Part shown: positions 1 to 8,325 of the stretch, one piece after another
How the letters are laid out: each line of letters opens with the position of its first letter
Numbering within the stretch: position 1 is the stretch's first letter
Source: Acidobacteriota bacterium
GTDB lineage: Bacteria > Acidobacteriota > Aminicenantia > Aminicenantales > Saccharicenantaceae
Length of the DNA: 64,000 nucleotides
Direction: 5' to 3'
Assembly: GCA_029569255.1 (NCBI GenBank)
Contig: JAKQUO010000032.1
Span: forward strand, 11,160 to 75,159
The notes under the pieces: generated by a model
What the model was told of the DNA's origin: nothing
What the model saw: the letters and a program-made list of their open reading frames with translations, nothing else
The model's database searches: none
Position numbers and translations under genes: made by a program

Positions 1-127
1 TTGGCGCGCATGAACGCCTCCCTCGGGACCATTCTAATCGGCTCGCCGGTCCGATGCAAAGAGATGAATTGATTTCCGCGGCCGTTTAGGGTACACAAAG
101 GGTAATTCATCGGGAAAGGAGAGGACC

Positions 128-592
128 ATGACAGAAGGACAAACCCCGGCCCCGGCCCCGGCTCCGGCGCCGGCCCCGATCAAGATCGACCAGGCCAACC
201 TGATCAAGGCCGGGAAGATCCCCGTCATCGCCGCGGCCATCGGCGGCGCGCTGTGGCTGCTGGGAGTCCTGGGCGGTCTCCTAGGGGTCCTGTTCTGGGC
301 CATCGCCCTCTTCGCCGGCTACTGGTATGTGAACCTGGTCCTCAAATCGGAGGCCAAGCCGCCCATCCTCGAGGTCATCGTCAACGCGGCCATCCTCGGC
401 GCGGTCGTCGGCCTGGTCTACGCCATCGTGACCTGGATCACGATCAGCATCCGCTTCTCCGGGATCCTCGGCTTCGCCTACCGCTGGGGATTCGGCTCCC
501 TCCTCTCGCGCGTCGTCGAGAGCGCGATCGGCGGCGCCGTCGGCGCGGCGGCCTGGTACGCCTACAAGACGGGGATGATCAAGACGAAGTAG
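128..592 (+). CDS. small integral membrane protein with N-terminal (Pro-Ala)n tract, unknown function
   Basis: 154-aa ORF with AAGGAGAGG just upstream of the ATG; about four hydrophobic helices; no family recognised. Confidence 0.55.
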   Translation: MTEGQTPAPAPAPAPAPIKIDQANLIKAGKIPVIAAAIGGALWLLGVLGGLLGVLFWAIALFAGYWYVNLVLKSEAKPPILEVIVNAAILGAVVGLVYAIVTWITISIRFSGILGFAYRWGFGSLLSRVVESAIGGAVGAAAWYAYKTGMIKTK

Positions 593-608
593 CCGGGCCC
601 GCCCGGGC

Positions 609-1037
609 TCAGCCGGGCAGCAGCCGGAAGGCCTTGCGGATGGGCGCGGCCGTCTTGAGCATGGCCCAGACGGGGCAATAGCGGTCCTCCGAAAGGTCCA
701 GGGCCTTCTCCACGGAGGCGGCGTCGAGCTGGCCGCCGCGGAACTCGAACTCCAGCTCGATCGCTTTGAAGACGGCCGGGTGGATCTCCTTCTTCGTCCC
801 GCGGGCGCGGACGGTCAGGTCCTTGACCTCCTGGCCCATGCGCTGGAGCAGTCCGACCGCGACCTGGCCGCTGCATCCGGCCAGGCTGGCGAGAACAAGC
901 TCCATGGGCGAGAAGCCGTCCATGGCCTCCCCTTCGCGGGCGAAGTCGAGGGCCACGGCGGCCCCGGCCCGGCCGGACTTGCCCTCGAACTTCATGCCGC
1001 CTTTGAAGACGACGTCCGTTCTTGATTCGATGGCCAT
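609..1037 (-). CDS. OsmC/Ohr family peroxiredoxin-like protein
   Basis: 142 aa; SPMELVLASLAGCSG and DRYCPVWAML motifs (the two conserved OsmC cysteines). Confidence 0.8.
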   Translation of the reverse strand: MAIESRTDVVFKGGMKFEGKSGRAGAAVALDFAREGEAMDGFSPMELVLASLAGCSGQVAVGLLQRMGQEVKDLTVRARGTKKEIHPAVFKAIELEFEFRGGQLDAASVEKALDLSEDRYCPVWAMLKTAAPIRKAFRLLPG

Positions 1038-1195
1038 GGCCAGGCTCCTTTCGCCGGGATCCGGAGAGAACGCCCGCCGTTAGTATCCAACAGGCCGCGG
1101 GCCGGCGTCAATACGGAAGGCCGAGCGTCCGGGGCGGAGATGAGGGATCGGCTCACTGGGGCGGGGCACGGCCCCGGTTCGAAGGGAAGCCCCCG

Positions 1196-2290
1196 TCAGG
1201 CGGCGGGCGCCGCTTCCGGCCCGCCCTCCGCGGCGGCCGGCAGGGCGACGAAGAACTCGATCCACTTCCCCGGCTCGCCCTCGGCCCAGATGCGGCCCTT
1301 GTGCTTGTCGACGACGGTCTTCGAGATGTAGAGCCCCAAGCCCGAGCCCTTGACCCCCTCGGTCCCCTTCTGCTTGATGCGCTCGAAGCGCTTGAAGAGC
1401 CGCGGCAGGTCCTCCTCGGGGATGCCGACGCCCTCGTTGCGGACCGAGAACACGAGCTCGCCGTCCTTCACGCCCAGCCGGACCCGGACCGGCGTCCCCT
1501 CGGCCCCGTACTTGACGGCGTTGTTGACGAGGTTCCCGACCAGGATCTTGAGCAGGTTGGGGTCGCCCTCGATGACCGGGTCGCCCTCGAACTCGGTCAC
1601 GACGGGCATCTTCCGGACGTTGTCCCGGATGCCGGGCATGTCCAGGGCCGGCTCGACCACGGCCGAGGCGAAGGGGACCCGCTCCTTGAACACGGTCAGC
1701 CCGTCGAGCTCCATCTTGGACAGGTCGATGTAGCAGCGGATGATGTCCTCGAGGTAGGAGCAGTTGCGGATGATGGTCTCGACGATCTTCCGCTGCTCGG
1801 GCTCGAGCCGGCCGAAGTAGCCGCGGTGGAGCGTCGCCGCCGTCGTCTGGACGGCGGCCAGGGGGCTCTTGAGCTCGTGGGAGACGATGGCCATGAGGTC
1901 GAGCATCTTGGCCCCGGCCGCGTTCTTCCGGGCCTCGAGGGCGTTGGCCACGACGCTCCGCAGCTCCTCCGGGGTGAAGGGCTTGGGGACGTAGTCGAAG
2001 GCCCCGTTCTTGAGGGCCTCGCGGGCCGTGTCCACGCTCGAGAAGCCGGTGAAGATGATGACGGTCGTCCGGGGCCGGTCCCGGCACAGGGCCTTGAGGA
2101 CCTCCATGCCGCCGAGCCCGGGCATCTTGAGGTCGGTGACGACGATGTCGTAGTCCTCGGCCATGGCCATGGCCAGGCCCTCGTCCCCCGAGGAGGCCGT
2201 GTCGATCTCGTAGCCCGAGCCGGCGAAGATGCGCTTCGAGCTCCGCAGGACGATGTCCTCGTCGTCGATGAACAGCAGCTTGACGCCCAT
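1196..2290 (-). CDS. hybrid response-regulator receiver / histidine kinase (REC-HisKA-HATPase)
   Basis: N-terminal REC (LLFIDDE...VVTDLKMPG), H-box SHELKSPLAAV, C-terminal G-box GSGLGLYISK. Confidence 0.85.
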   Translation of the reverse strand: MGVKLLFIDDEDIVLRSSKRIFAGSGYEIDTASSGDEGLAMAMAEDYDIVVTDLKMPGLGGMEVLKALCRDRPRTTVIIFTGFSSVDTAREALKNGAFDYVPKPFTPEELRSVVANALEARKNAAGAKMLDLMAIVSHELKSPLAAVQTTAATLHRGYFGRLEPEQRKIVETIIRNCSYLEDIIRCYIDLSKMELDGLTVFKERVPFASAVVEPALDMPGIRDNVRKMPVVTEFEGDPVIEGDPNLLKILVGNLVNNAVKYGAEGTPVRVRLGVKDGELVFSVRNEGVGIPEEDLPRLFKRFERIKQKGTEGVKGSGLGLYISKTVVDKHKGRIWAEGEPGKWIEFFVALPAAAEGGPEAAPAA

Positions 2291-2313
2291 GATGTCTCTC
2301 CCGCGCCGCCGGC

Positions 2314-4236
2314 TCAGCCGGCCGGCAGCTTGATCGTGAACTCCGTGCCCTCGCCGACCTTGCTCTGGACGTCGATCTGGCCGCCGTGGCGCTGGACGGC
2401 CCCGTAGACCATGGGCAGGCCCAGGCCGGTCCCCTGGCCCCGGTCCTTGGTCGTGAAGAAGGGCTCGAAGATCATGTTCAGGCTCTCCTCGCCGATGCCG
2501 ACGCCCGTGTCGGCCACCCGGATGACGGCCATGCCCGTCCCCGGCTCGACCGAGGTGGCGATGGTCAGGCGTCCGCCGGCGGGCATGGCGTCGGCCGCGT
2601 TGACGGCCAGGTTGTTGATGACGCCGCGGATCTCGGCGGCGTCGACGTTGACCCGGGGCAGGTCCGGGGCCAGGTCCCTGACGATCTTGATGTTCTGGAA
2701 GGAGACGTGCTTCTCCAGGATGCGCAGGGCGTCCTCGATGAGGGCGTTGAGATCGGCCGGGGCCCGCTCGCCCTTGGCGTCGCGGGCGAAGTCGAGGATG
2801 CCCCGGACGATGCCCCGGCAGCGCAGGGTCTCGTCCCGGATGACCTTGAGGTCCTCCTCGTAGGGCGTGCCCTTCATGTCCTCGAGCAGGAGGCTCGAGT
2901 AGGTCAGGACGCCCGTCAGGGGGTTGTTGATCTCGTGGGCGATGCCCGAGGCCATCCGGCCGATCGAGGCCAGCTTCTCGGACTTGAGGATGGTCCGGTC
3001 GGCCAGGTCCGTCAGCTGGCGGTCGCGCTCCTCGATGGCGTCGACCATGCCGTTGAAGGCCTGGGACAGCCGCCGGGCGTCCTGGTCGTCGTGGGGGTCG
3101 GTCTCGATGCGGTGGTAGAAGCCCAGGGCCATCTCGGTCGAGGCGTCGATGATGCGCTTGACCGGCTTGGTGTAGAGGTTGATGAGGTAGCCGGACAGGG
3201 ACAGGGCCAGGACCGTGGCCAGGAGGATGACCAGGAGGTAGGAGATGGTCGTGTTGCGGACGACGACGTCGAACTTCTTCTTCAGGACGCCGACGTAGAG
3301 CATGCCCAGGACCTTCCGGTCGAAGTCGTAGAGCGGCGTGTAGCCGGAGATGTACCAGTCGTCGACGACGAAGGCCTTGCCGACCCAGGTCTCTCCGCGC
3401 GCGAAGACCTTGCGGTAGACCTCCTCGGACACCTGGGTGCCGATGGCCCGCCGGCCCGAGGCGTCGAGGACGTTCGTGGCGATGCGGATGTCGCCGAGGA
3501 AGACGGTCGTCGTCCCGGCGTCCTTGCCGTCGATCTTCTCGTCCTTGAAGACCAACCGCTTGAAGCGGTCGACGAACTCGGCGTTGTTGTTGAGCAGGAC
3601 GGCGGCGTAGAGGATGCCCGCGAGGCGGTCCCGGTCGAGGATGGGCGCGGCGATCTTGATGACCAGGGCCCGTTCCTCGGCCGGCGCCGACCGGGGCCGG
3701 GCGTGCGACGTCGGCACGATCGGGATGACCGTCCGCGAGGCCAGGTCGGCGCCCTCCCGGGCGATGTCCTCGTAGACGAGCAGGCCCGTGCCGGCGACGG
3801 GCGTGTGGCTGCGCAGGACCTCCTGGATGGTCCGGTAGCCGGCCATGCCGTCGCCGAAGGCCCCGAAGTTGTTGGCCCGGACGAGCATCGTGCCGTCGGC
3901 GTTGACGACGTCCACGATGTCGAAGCCGAAATCCCGCTTGATCTGGTTGAGCTTGTCGAAGAGCGCGGGCCGGTCCCCGGCCACCGCGGCCCGGACGATC
4001 TCCGGCGTCCCGGCCAGGTGCTGGACGACCCTCGAGCGGTTCTCGATCTCCTCCTGGTAGAGCTCGCTCGTCGAGGCCAGGTTGGCCCGCACGGTGGCGT
4101 AGGCGTCGCGGACGAGGTTCGTGTTGAGCGCGCTCAGCCCGACGATGACCGACAGGACGCCGGCCAGGAAGACGATGGCCAGCAGGCTGACGACGAGCTT
4201 GAAGCGGATGCTCGAGCGCGCCAGCGGCTTGATCAT
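2314..4236 (-). CDS. membrane sensor histidine kinase (periplasmic Cache-like domain, HAMP, HisKA, HATPase)
   Basis: 640 aa; two TM segments flanking a ~300-aa extracytoplasmic domain; H-box [11 protein letters not shown]; GTGLGLPMV ATPase motif. Confidence 0.85.
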   Translation of the reverse strand: MIKPLARSSIRFKLVVSLLAIVFLAGVLSVIVGLSALNTNLVRDAYATVRANLASTSELYQEEIENRSRVVQHLAGTPEIVRAAVAGDRPALFDKLNQIKRDFGFDIVDVVNADGTMLVRANNFGAFGDGMAGYRTIQEVLRSHTPVAGTGLLVYEDIAREGADLASRTVIPIVPTSHARPRSAPAEERALVIKIAAPILDRDRLAGILYAAVLLNNNAEFVDRFKRLVFKDEKIDGKDAGTTTVFLGDIRIATNVLDASGRRAIGTQVSEEVYRKVFARGETWVGKAFVVDDWYISGYTPLYDFDRKVLGMLYVGVLKKKFDVVVRNTTISYLLVILLATVLALSLSGYLINLYTKPVKRIIDASTEMALGFYHRIETDPHDDQDARRLSQAFNGMVDAIEERDRQLTDLADRTILKSEKLASIGRMASGIAHEINNPLTGVLTYSSLLLEDMKGTPYEEDLKVIRDETLRCRGIVRGILDFARDAKGERAPADLNALIEDALRILEKHVSFQNIKIVRDLAPDLPRVNVDAAEIRGVINNLAVNAADAMPAGGRLTIATSVEPGTGMAVIRVADTGVGIGEESLNMIFEPFFTTKDRGQGTGLGLPMVYGAVQRHGGQIDVQSKVGEGTEFTIKLPAG

Positions 4237-4637
4237 GCCAGGGCGCGGCCGACCTTGGCCAGCAGCTCGTCGAGGTCGACGGGCTTGGTCAGGAACTCGT
4301 TCCGCCCGGGGAGGAAGCTGTCGGACGGGTCCATGGAGAAGCGGGAGTTCGTGACCTGGTCGATGGCCGTCAGGATGACGATGGGCACGTCGCGGAAGGC
4401 CTTGTACTTCGAGGTCTCGCGGCGGCTGCGGACGGCCGCGGCGGCCTCGAACCCGGCCGTGTCCGTCTCCATCATGACGTCCAGGACGACGAGGTCGGGC
4501 CGCTCGGCCAGCAGGGCCTTGAGGCCGTCGGCCCCGCTGTGGGCGGCGGCGACCTCGTAGCCGTGGGCCTTGAGGACCTGGGCCAGGCTGGCCGTGAGGT
4601 CCCGGTCGTCGTCGACGATGAGGATCTTCTTGCTCAT
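4233..4637 (-). CDS. single-domain response regulator (CheY-like REC)
   Basis: MSKKILIVDDD...VVLDVMME...TKPV. Internal ATG at 4637 chosen: it forms an ATGA overlap with the stop of the upstream hydrogenase small-subunit gene, and its own stop overlaps the kinase start (ATGA at 4233-4236). Confidence 0.85.
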   Translation of the reverse strand: MSKKILIVDDDRDLTASLAQVLKAHGYEVAAAHSGADGLKALLAERPDLVVLDVMMETDTAGFEAAAAVRSRRETSKYKAFRDVPIVILTAIDQVTNSRFSMDPSDSFLPGRNEFLTKPVDLDELLAKVGRALA

Positions 4638-5164
4638 GAGTTCAGGACCTCGTAGATGACGTTGCGCTCCTCCCAGGCCTTGTTCCGTTCGTACATGTCG
4701 ATGGGGAACTCGACCTGCTTGAGCTCGACCGGGGCGGCCTTCTTGTCGACCAGGCCGAGGGCCAGGGCGACGCCGTAGACGATGGCCTCCGGACGCGGCG
4801 GGCAGCCGGGGATGTAGTAATTGACGGGCACGGCCGCGGCCCCGCCCCCGGTGACGTTGTAGGTGTCGAACCAGCAGCCGCCGCCCGTGGCGCAGGAGCC
4901 GATGCCGAAGACGAGCTTGGGCGCGGGCATGGCCGCCCAGGCCTTCTTGACGAGCGGCAGGGTCGGCCGGGTCACGGCCCCCGACAGGAGCATGACGTCG
5001 GCGTGCCGCGGCGAGCCGACGAGCCTGATGCCGAACCGCTCGACGTCGTAGTAGGGGGTCAGGATGTTGAGGATCTCGATGTCGCAGCCGTTGCAGGCCC
5101 CGCTGTTGCAGTGATAGACCCAGAGCGAGCGGGGGAAGCACTTCTTGGCCAGCTTGGCGAGCAT
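4634..5164 (-). CDS. hycG: group 4 [NiFe]-hydrogenase small subunit (HycG/NuoB-like)
   Basis: 176 aa; CNGCDIE...GSCATGGGCW...IPGCPPRPEA NuoB-type FeS motifs. Confidence 0.85.
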   Translation of the reverse strand: MLAKLAKKCFPRSLWVYHCNSGACNGCDIEILNILTPYYDVERFGIRLVGSPRHADVMLLSGAVTRPTLPLVKKAWAAMPAPKLVFGIGSCATGGGCWFDTYNVTGGGAAAVPVNYYIPGCPPRPEAIVYGVALALGLVDKKAAPVELKQVEFPIDMYERNKAWEERNVIYEVLNS

Positions 5165-5165
5165 G

Positions 5166-5711
5166 TCACTCTCCCGTCGAAGCCGGGCGCTCGTAGCGCT
5201 CGGTCTTCCCGAGCTCGGCCGGACGGAAGGTGTCCGTGGCCCGGCGGAGGACCGTCCGGGCCTCCAGGCTGTCGTAGCGGTAGCCGGTCAGTCCGAGCTT
5301 GTCGATGGCGTTCCTCGTCTCCATGTCGTAGCAGCGGCCGCAGCGCTGGCAGGTCAGCATGAACAGCTCCAGCGTCTCGGTGACGTCGTTCGGGTCGTCC
5401 GTGGCCTGCTCGAAGCGGCCGGTCATGGTGATGGCCTTCTCCGGGCAGACGTCGGCGCAGCGGCCGCAGTAGGTGCAGCGGGAGCCGTCGTAGAGGAGGA
5501 CCCGGATCTCCTGGCAGAGGTCGCGGACCATGATCGTCCGGGCCGGGCAGTGCTCGGCGCAGCCGGCGCAGCCGACGCACTTGGTGTGGTCCCAGTGCGG
5601 GGCGCCCCGGAAGTTCTCCGGGACCGGCCGCGGCTCGAAGGGGTACTTGAGGGTCACGACCCCCGGTTTGGCGGCCATCAGGAGCTGCTTGATCTTGCTT
5701 GTCAGCCACAT
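5166..5711 (-). CDS. hycF: 2x[4Fe-4S] ferredoxin-type subunit (HycF/NuoI-like)
   Basis: CVGCAGCAEHCP and CTYCGRCADVCP motifs; position between NuoH-like and NuoB-like genes. Confidence 0.8.
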   Translation of the reverse strand: MWLTSKIKQLLMAAKPGVVTLKYPFEPRPVPENFRGAPHWDHTKCVGCAGCAEHCPARTIMVRDLCQEIRVLLYDGSRCTYCGRCADVCPEKAITMTGRFEQATDDPNDVTETLELFMLTCQRCGRCYDMETRNAIDKLGLTGYRYDSLEARTVLRRATDTFRPAELGKTERYERPASTGE

Positions 5712-5730
5712 GGTGTCTCTCCCGCGCCTC

Positions 5731-6633
5731 TCACAGCCCCGCCACGGCCAGCCCGACCGCGGTCAGGGCGACGACGATGAGCCCGGCGTAGACCTTGACG
5801 GCCTGGTCGATCCTGAGCCGCGGGTTGGTCGAGCCGACCAGGGCGACGAGGGCGAAGACGGCCAGCGTCCCCAGCAGCTGGGTCAGGATGTCGCCGGCGT
5901 AGGTGCCCGTCCGCAGGAAGGGCAGGAAGACGGCGGCGAACAGCCAGGCGTAGACCATGCGCTTCATCATCACGTAGTAGCGGAACAGGGCGTAGTCCGG
6001 GCCGCTGTACTCGATGAACGCCCCCTCGAGGACCTCGATCTCGGCCTCGGGGATGTCGAACGGCTGCTTGGCCGCGAAGGCCTGCAGGGCGACGGCGTAG
6101 GCGGCCAGCATGACCGCGGTCGAGAGGCCGTATCCGGCCGCCGAGCCGCCGAAGACGGCCGCGCCGAGCCCCAGGCTGCGGCCGCGCGCGGCGCCGACGA
6201 GGAGGGTCATGGCCAGGACGGGCTCGACCATGACCATGGTCACCGTCTCCCGCGAGGCCCCGATGGCCGCGAAGGTGTTGCGGCTGGCCAAGGCGCCGAG
6301 GAGGACCGCGACGCCGCCGAGCGTCAGCAGGTAGACGATGGTGACGGCGTCGACCCGGGCGCCCAGGGCGTTGACCTTGGAGCCCAGGGGGACGAGGGCG
6401 GCCACGGCCAGGATCGAGGCGAAGGCGGCCGGCGGGGCCAGCCGGAAGGCCCAGTTCCGGGCCGAGTCGACGCGGTCCTTGCCGAGGAGCTTGAGCAGGT
6501 CGAAGTAGGGCTGGACGAGCGGCGGGCCCTGGCGCGACTGGACCCGGGCCGTGATCCTCCGCATGACGCCCTCGAAGAGCGGCGCGAGCAGGAGGAAGAG
6601 GAGGACGTTGACGAAGACGGCGGCGACGCTCAT
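5731..6633 (-). CDS. hycD: hydrogenase membrane subunit (HycD/NuoH-like)
   Basis: Internal ATG at 6633 (MSVAAVFVNVLLF...RITARVQSRQGPP). Polytopic membrane protein; the upstream part of the long ORF overlaps the large-subunit gene in another frame. Confidence 0.8.
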   Translation of the reverse strand: MSVAAVFVNVLLFLLLAPLFEGVMRRITARVQSRQGPPLVQPYFDLLKLLGKDRVDSARNWAFRLAPPAAFASILAVAALVPLGSKVNALGARVDAVTIVYLLTLGGVAVLLGALASRNTFAAIGASRETVTMVMVEPVLAMTLLVGAARGRSLGLGAAVFGGSAAGYGLSTAVMLAAYAVALQAFAAKQPFDIPEAEIEVLEGAFIEYSGPDYALFRYYVMMKRMVYAWLFAAVFLPFLRTGTYAGDILTQLLGTLAVFALVALVGSTNPRLRIDQAVKVYAGLIVVALTAVGLAVAGL

Positions 6634-6635
6634 GG

Positions 6636-8315
6636 TCACTCCTTCCCGCCCGCGCCCCGCGACATCCGCTCGAGCTCGGCCCGGCCGACGACGCGCCGGG
6701 CGCCCGAGCGGGCGTCGACGACGGCCACCCGGTCCGTGCAGGAGAAGCAGGGGTCGATCTGGCCGAGGATGATGGGGAAATCGGCGAACTGGTTGTCGAG
6801 GAGCATGGCCGGCACGGCCTGGAGGTTCGGGTAGGTCGGGGCCCGGACGCGCCAGCGCTCGGGCCGGTTCTCCTCGCCGGTGATGACGTAGTGGACCGAC
6901 TCGCCGCGCGGGGCCTCGACCATGGATATCGCGTGCCGCAGGGGCGGCGGGGCCTCGGGCATGTCGGCCATGAGCGGGCCCTCGGGCATCCGGGCCAGGG
7001 CCTGCCGGAGGATGGCGATGGCCTCGAAGACCTCCAGGACCCGGACGACGAGCGTCCCCCAGACGTCGCCGCTGTCGACGACAGGGACGTCGAAGGCCAT
7101 GTCGTCGTAGGCGGCGTAGGGGTGGTCCTTGCGGACGTCCAGCTTCAGGCCGCGGGCCCGGGCCACCGGGCCGACCAGGCTCCAGCGGGCCGTCTCTTCT
7201 TTCGAGAGATAGCCGACGCCCTTGGTCCGGCGGTGGATGGCCCCGTCGCCGACAACGGCCTTCTTGAGGGTCAGGACGTCTTTCTCCAGGCCCGCCAGCA
7301 TGCCCTCGATCTCGGCCCGGACCTCCGGCCCGATGTCGCGCCGGACGCCGCCGATGACGATCATGCCGTAGGTCTTGCGGTTCCCGGTGATGCGCTCCGC
7401 CAGCCACATGACCTTCTCGCGGACGCGCCAGGCGTGCATGAAGACCGTGTCGAAGCCGATGAGGTGGCCGGCGATGCCGAGCCAGAGGAGGTGCGAGTGG
7501 AGGCGCTCGATCTCGAGCATGACCGTCCGGATGTACTCGGCCCGCCGCGGCACGCGGATGCCGGCCGCGGCCTCGACGCCCTGGGCGTAGCAGCAGGCGT
7601 GGACCGAGCCGCAGATGCCGCAGATGCGCTCGGCGACGAAGGGCACCTCGTTGTAGCTGACCTGGGTCTGGCAGAGCTTCTCGATCCCCCGGTGGGTCAT
7701 GAAGCCGCGGTAGTCGCAGCCCTTGATGGTCTCGCCGTCGACGTAGACGGCGAAGTGCTCGGGCTCGTGGAGGCTGGCGTGGAACGGGCCGATGGGGACG
7801 ACCGTCGTCCCGGGCGGGGCCTCGTCGAGCCGGTAGGCGACGTCCTCGGCGGCCGGCGGCTCGAGGTCGTGCGGGACCTCCTTGCGCAGGGGATAGACGC
7901 CCTCCGGCCAGTCGTCGGCCACGACGAGGCGCTTGGGCTTGGGGTGGCCGGCGAAGCGCATCCCCAGGAGGTCCTGGTACTCGCGCTCGGACCAGCCGGC
8001 GCCCGGGAAGTCCGGGGTGATGGAGTCGAAGACCGGGTCGGCGGCGGGAGCCGAGGTCCTCAGGGCCACGGCGGCGTGGTCGGCGTCGAAGGCGAAGGCG
8101 TGGATCATCCCCAGAACGCCCTTGCGGGCGATCTCGTCGGTGCCGATGCCGACCATGTAGCGGCCGCCGAGCCCGGCCAGGGCGTTGGCGGCGGCCCTCA
8201 GGGCCGAGCGGTCGACGTCGACGAAGAGCCGGTCCGGGCGCGGCGATTCCGTTCTCTCGAGGCCGGCGCCGAGGCGGCCCCTGAGGTCTTTTTCTATCCT
8301 GTCCAGGACGTTCAT
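6636..8315 (-). CDS. hycE: group 4 [NiFe]-hydrogenase large subunit, NuoC-NuoD fusion (HycE-like)
   Basis: 559 aa; N-terminal NuoC-like domain; Ni-ligand pairs RICGICG and DPCFSCTDR, followed by a 31-aa C-terminal tail typical of protease-processed large subunits. Confidence 0.9.
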   Translation of the reverse strand: MNVLDRIEKDLRGRLGAGLERTESPRPDRLFVDVDRSALRAAANALAGLGGRYMVGIGTDEIARKGVLGMIHAFAFDADHAAVALRTSAPAADPVFDSITPDFPGAGWSEREYQDLLGMRFAGHPKPKRLVVADDWPEGVYPLRKEVPHDLEPPAAEDVAYRLDEAPPGTTVVPIGPFHASLHEPEHFAVYVDGETIKGCDYRGFMTHRGIEKLCQTQVSYNEVPFVAERICGICGSVHACCYAQGVEAAAGIRVPRRAEYIRTVMLEIERLHSHLLWLGIAGHLIGFDTVFMHAWRVREKVMWLAERITGNRKTYGMIVIGGVRRDIGPEVRAEIEGMLAGLEKDVLTLKKAVVGDGAIHRRTKGVGYLSKEETARWSLVGPVARARGLKLDVRKDHPYAAYDDMAFDVPVVDSGDVWGTLVVRVLEVFEAIAILRQALARMPEGPLMADMPEAPPPLRHAISMVEAPRGESVHYVITGEENRPERWRVRAPTYPNLQAVPAMLLDNQFADFPIILGQIDPCFSCTDRVAVVDARSGARRVVGRAELERMSRGAGGKE

Positions 8316-8325
8316 GTCGGTCTCC

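Noticed and set aside
140-180. CCGGCC/CCGGCT tandem repeat near the 5' end
   Set aside because: It lies inside a well-supported CDS and simply encodes a (Pro-Ala)6 linker. It is not an independent repeat element.
590-609. Bidirectional terminator between the convergent genes at 592/609
   Set aside because: Only a 6-bp CCGGGC/GCCCGG dyad with a 2-nt loop. That is sterically implausible as a hairpin.
1022-4560. Long plus-strand ORFs 1022-2407 (461 aa) and 2386-4560 (724 aa) opposite the kinase genes
   Set aside because: They are extremely rich in Arg/Gly/Asp/Pro/Ala, have no motifs, and run fully antisense to genes with clear HisKA/HATPase/REC motifs. These are typical high-GC shadow ORFs. 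The same applies to 8185-10662, 11714-12691, 12907-14562, 15981-18500, 22207-25560, 26840-29959, 35847-37445, 37450-38808, 48110-50533, 55017-56516 (the upstream part of that ORF), 56466-58601, 58305-60356 and similar entries.
4638-5141. 5' extensions of real genes in the ORF track (e.g. 4233-5141, 5731-7407, 10680-12167, 11519-14422, 15993-19163, 33241-35121, 42408-43685)
   Set aside because: The extensions overlap the upstream gene in another frame and are low-complexity Arg/Pro/Gly. Internal ATGs with Shine-Dalgarno sequences or ATGA stop-start overlaps give proteins of the expected family length.
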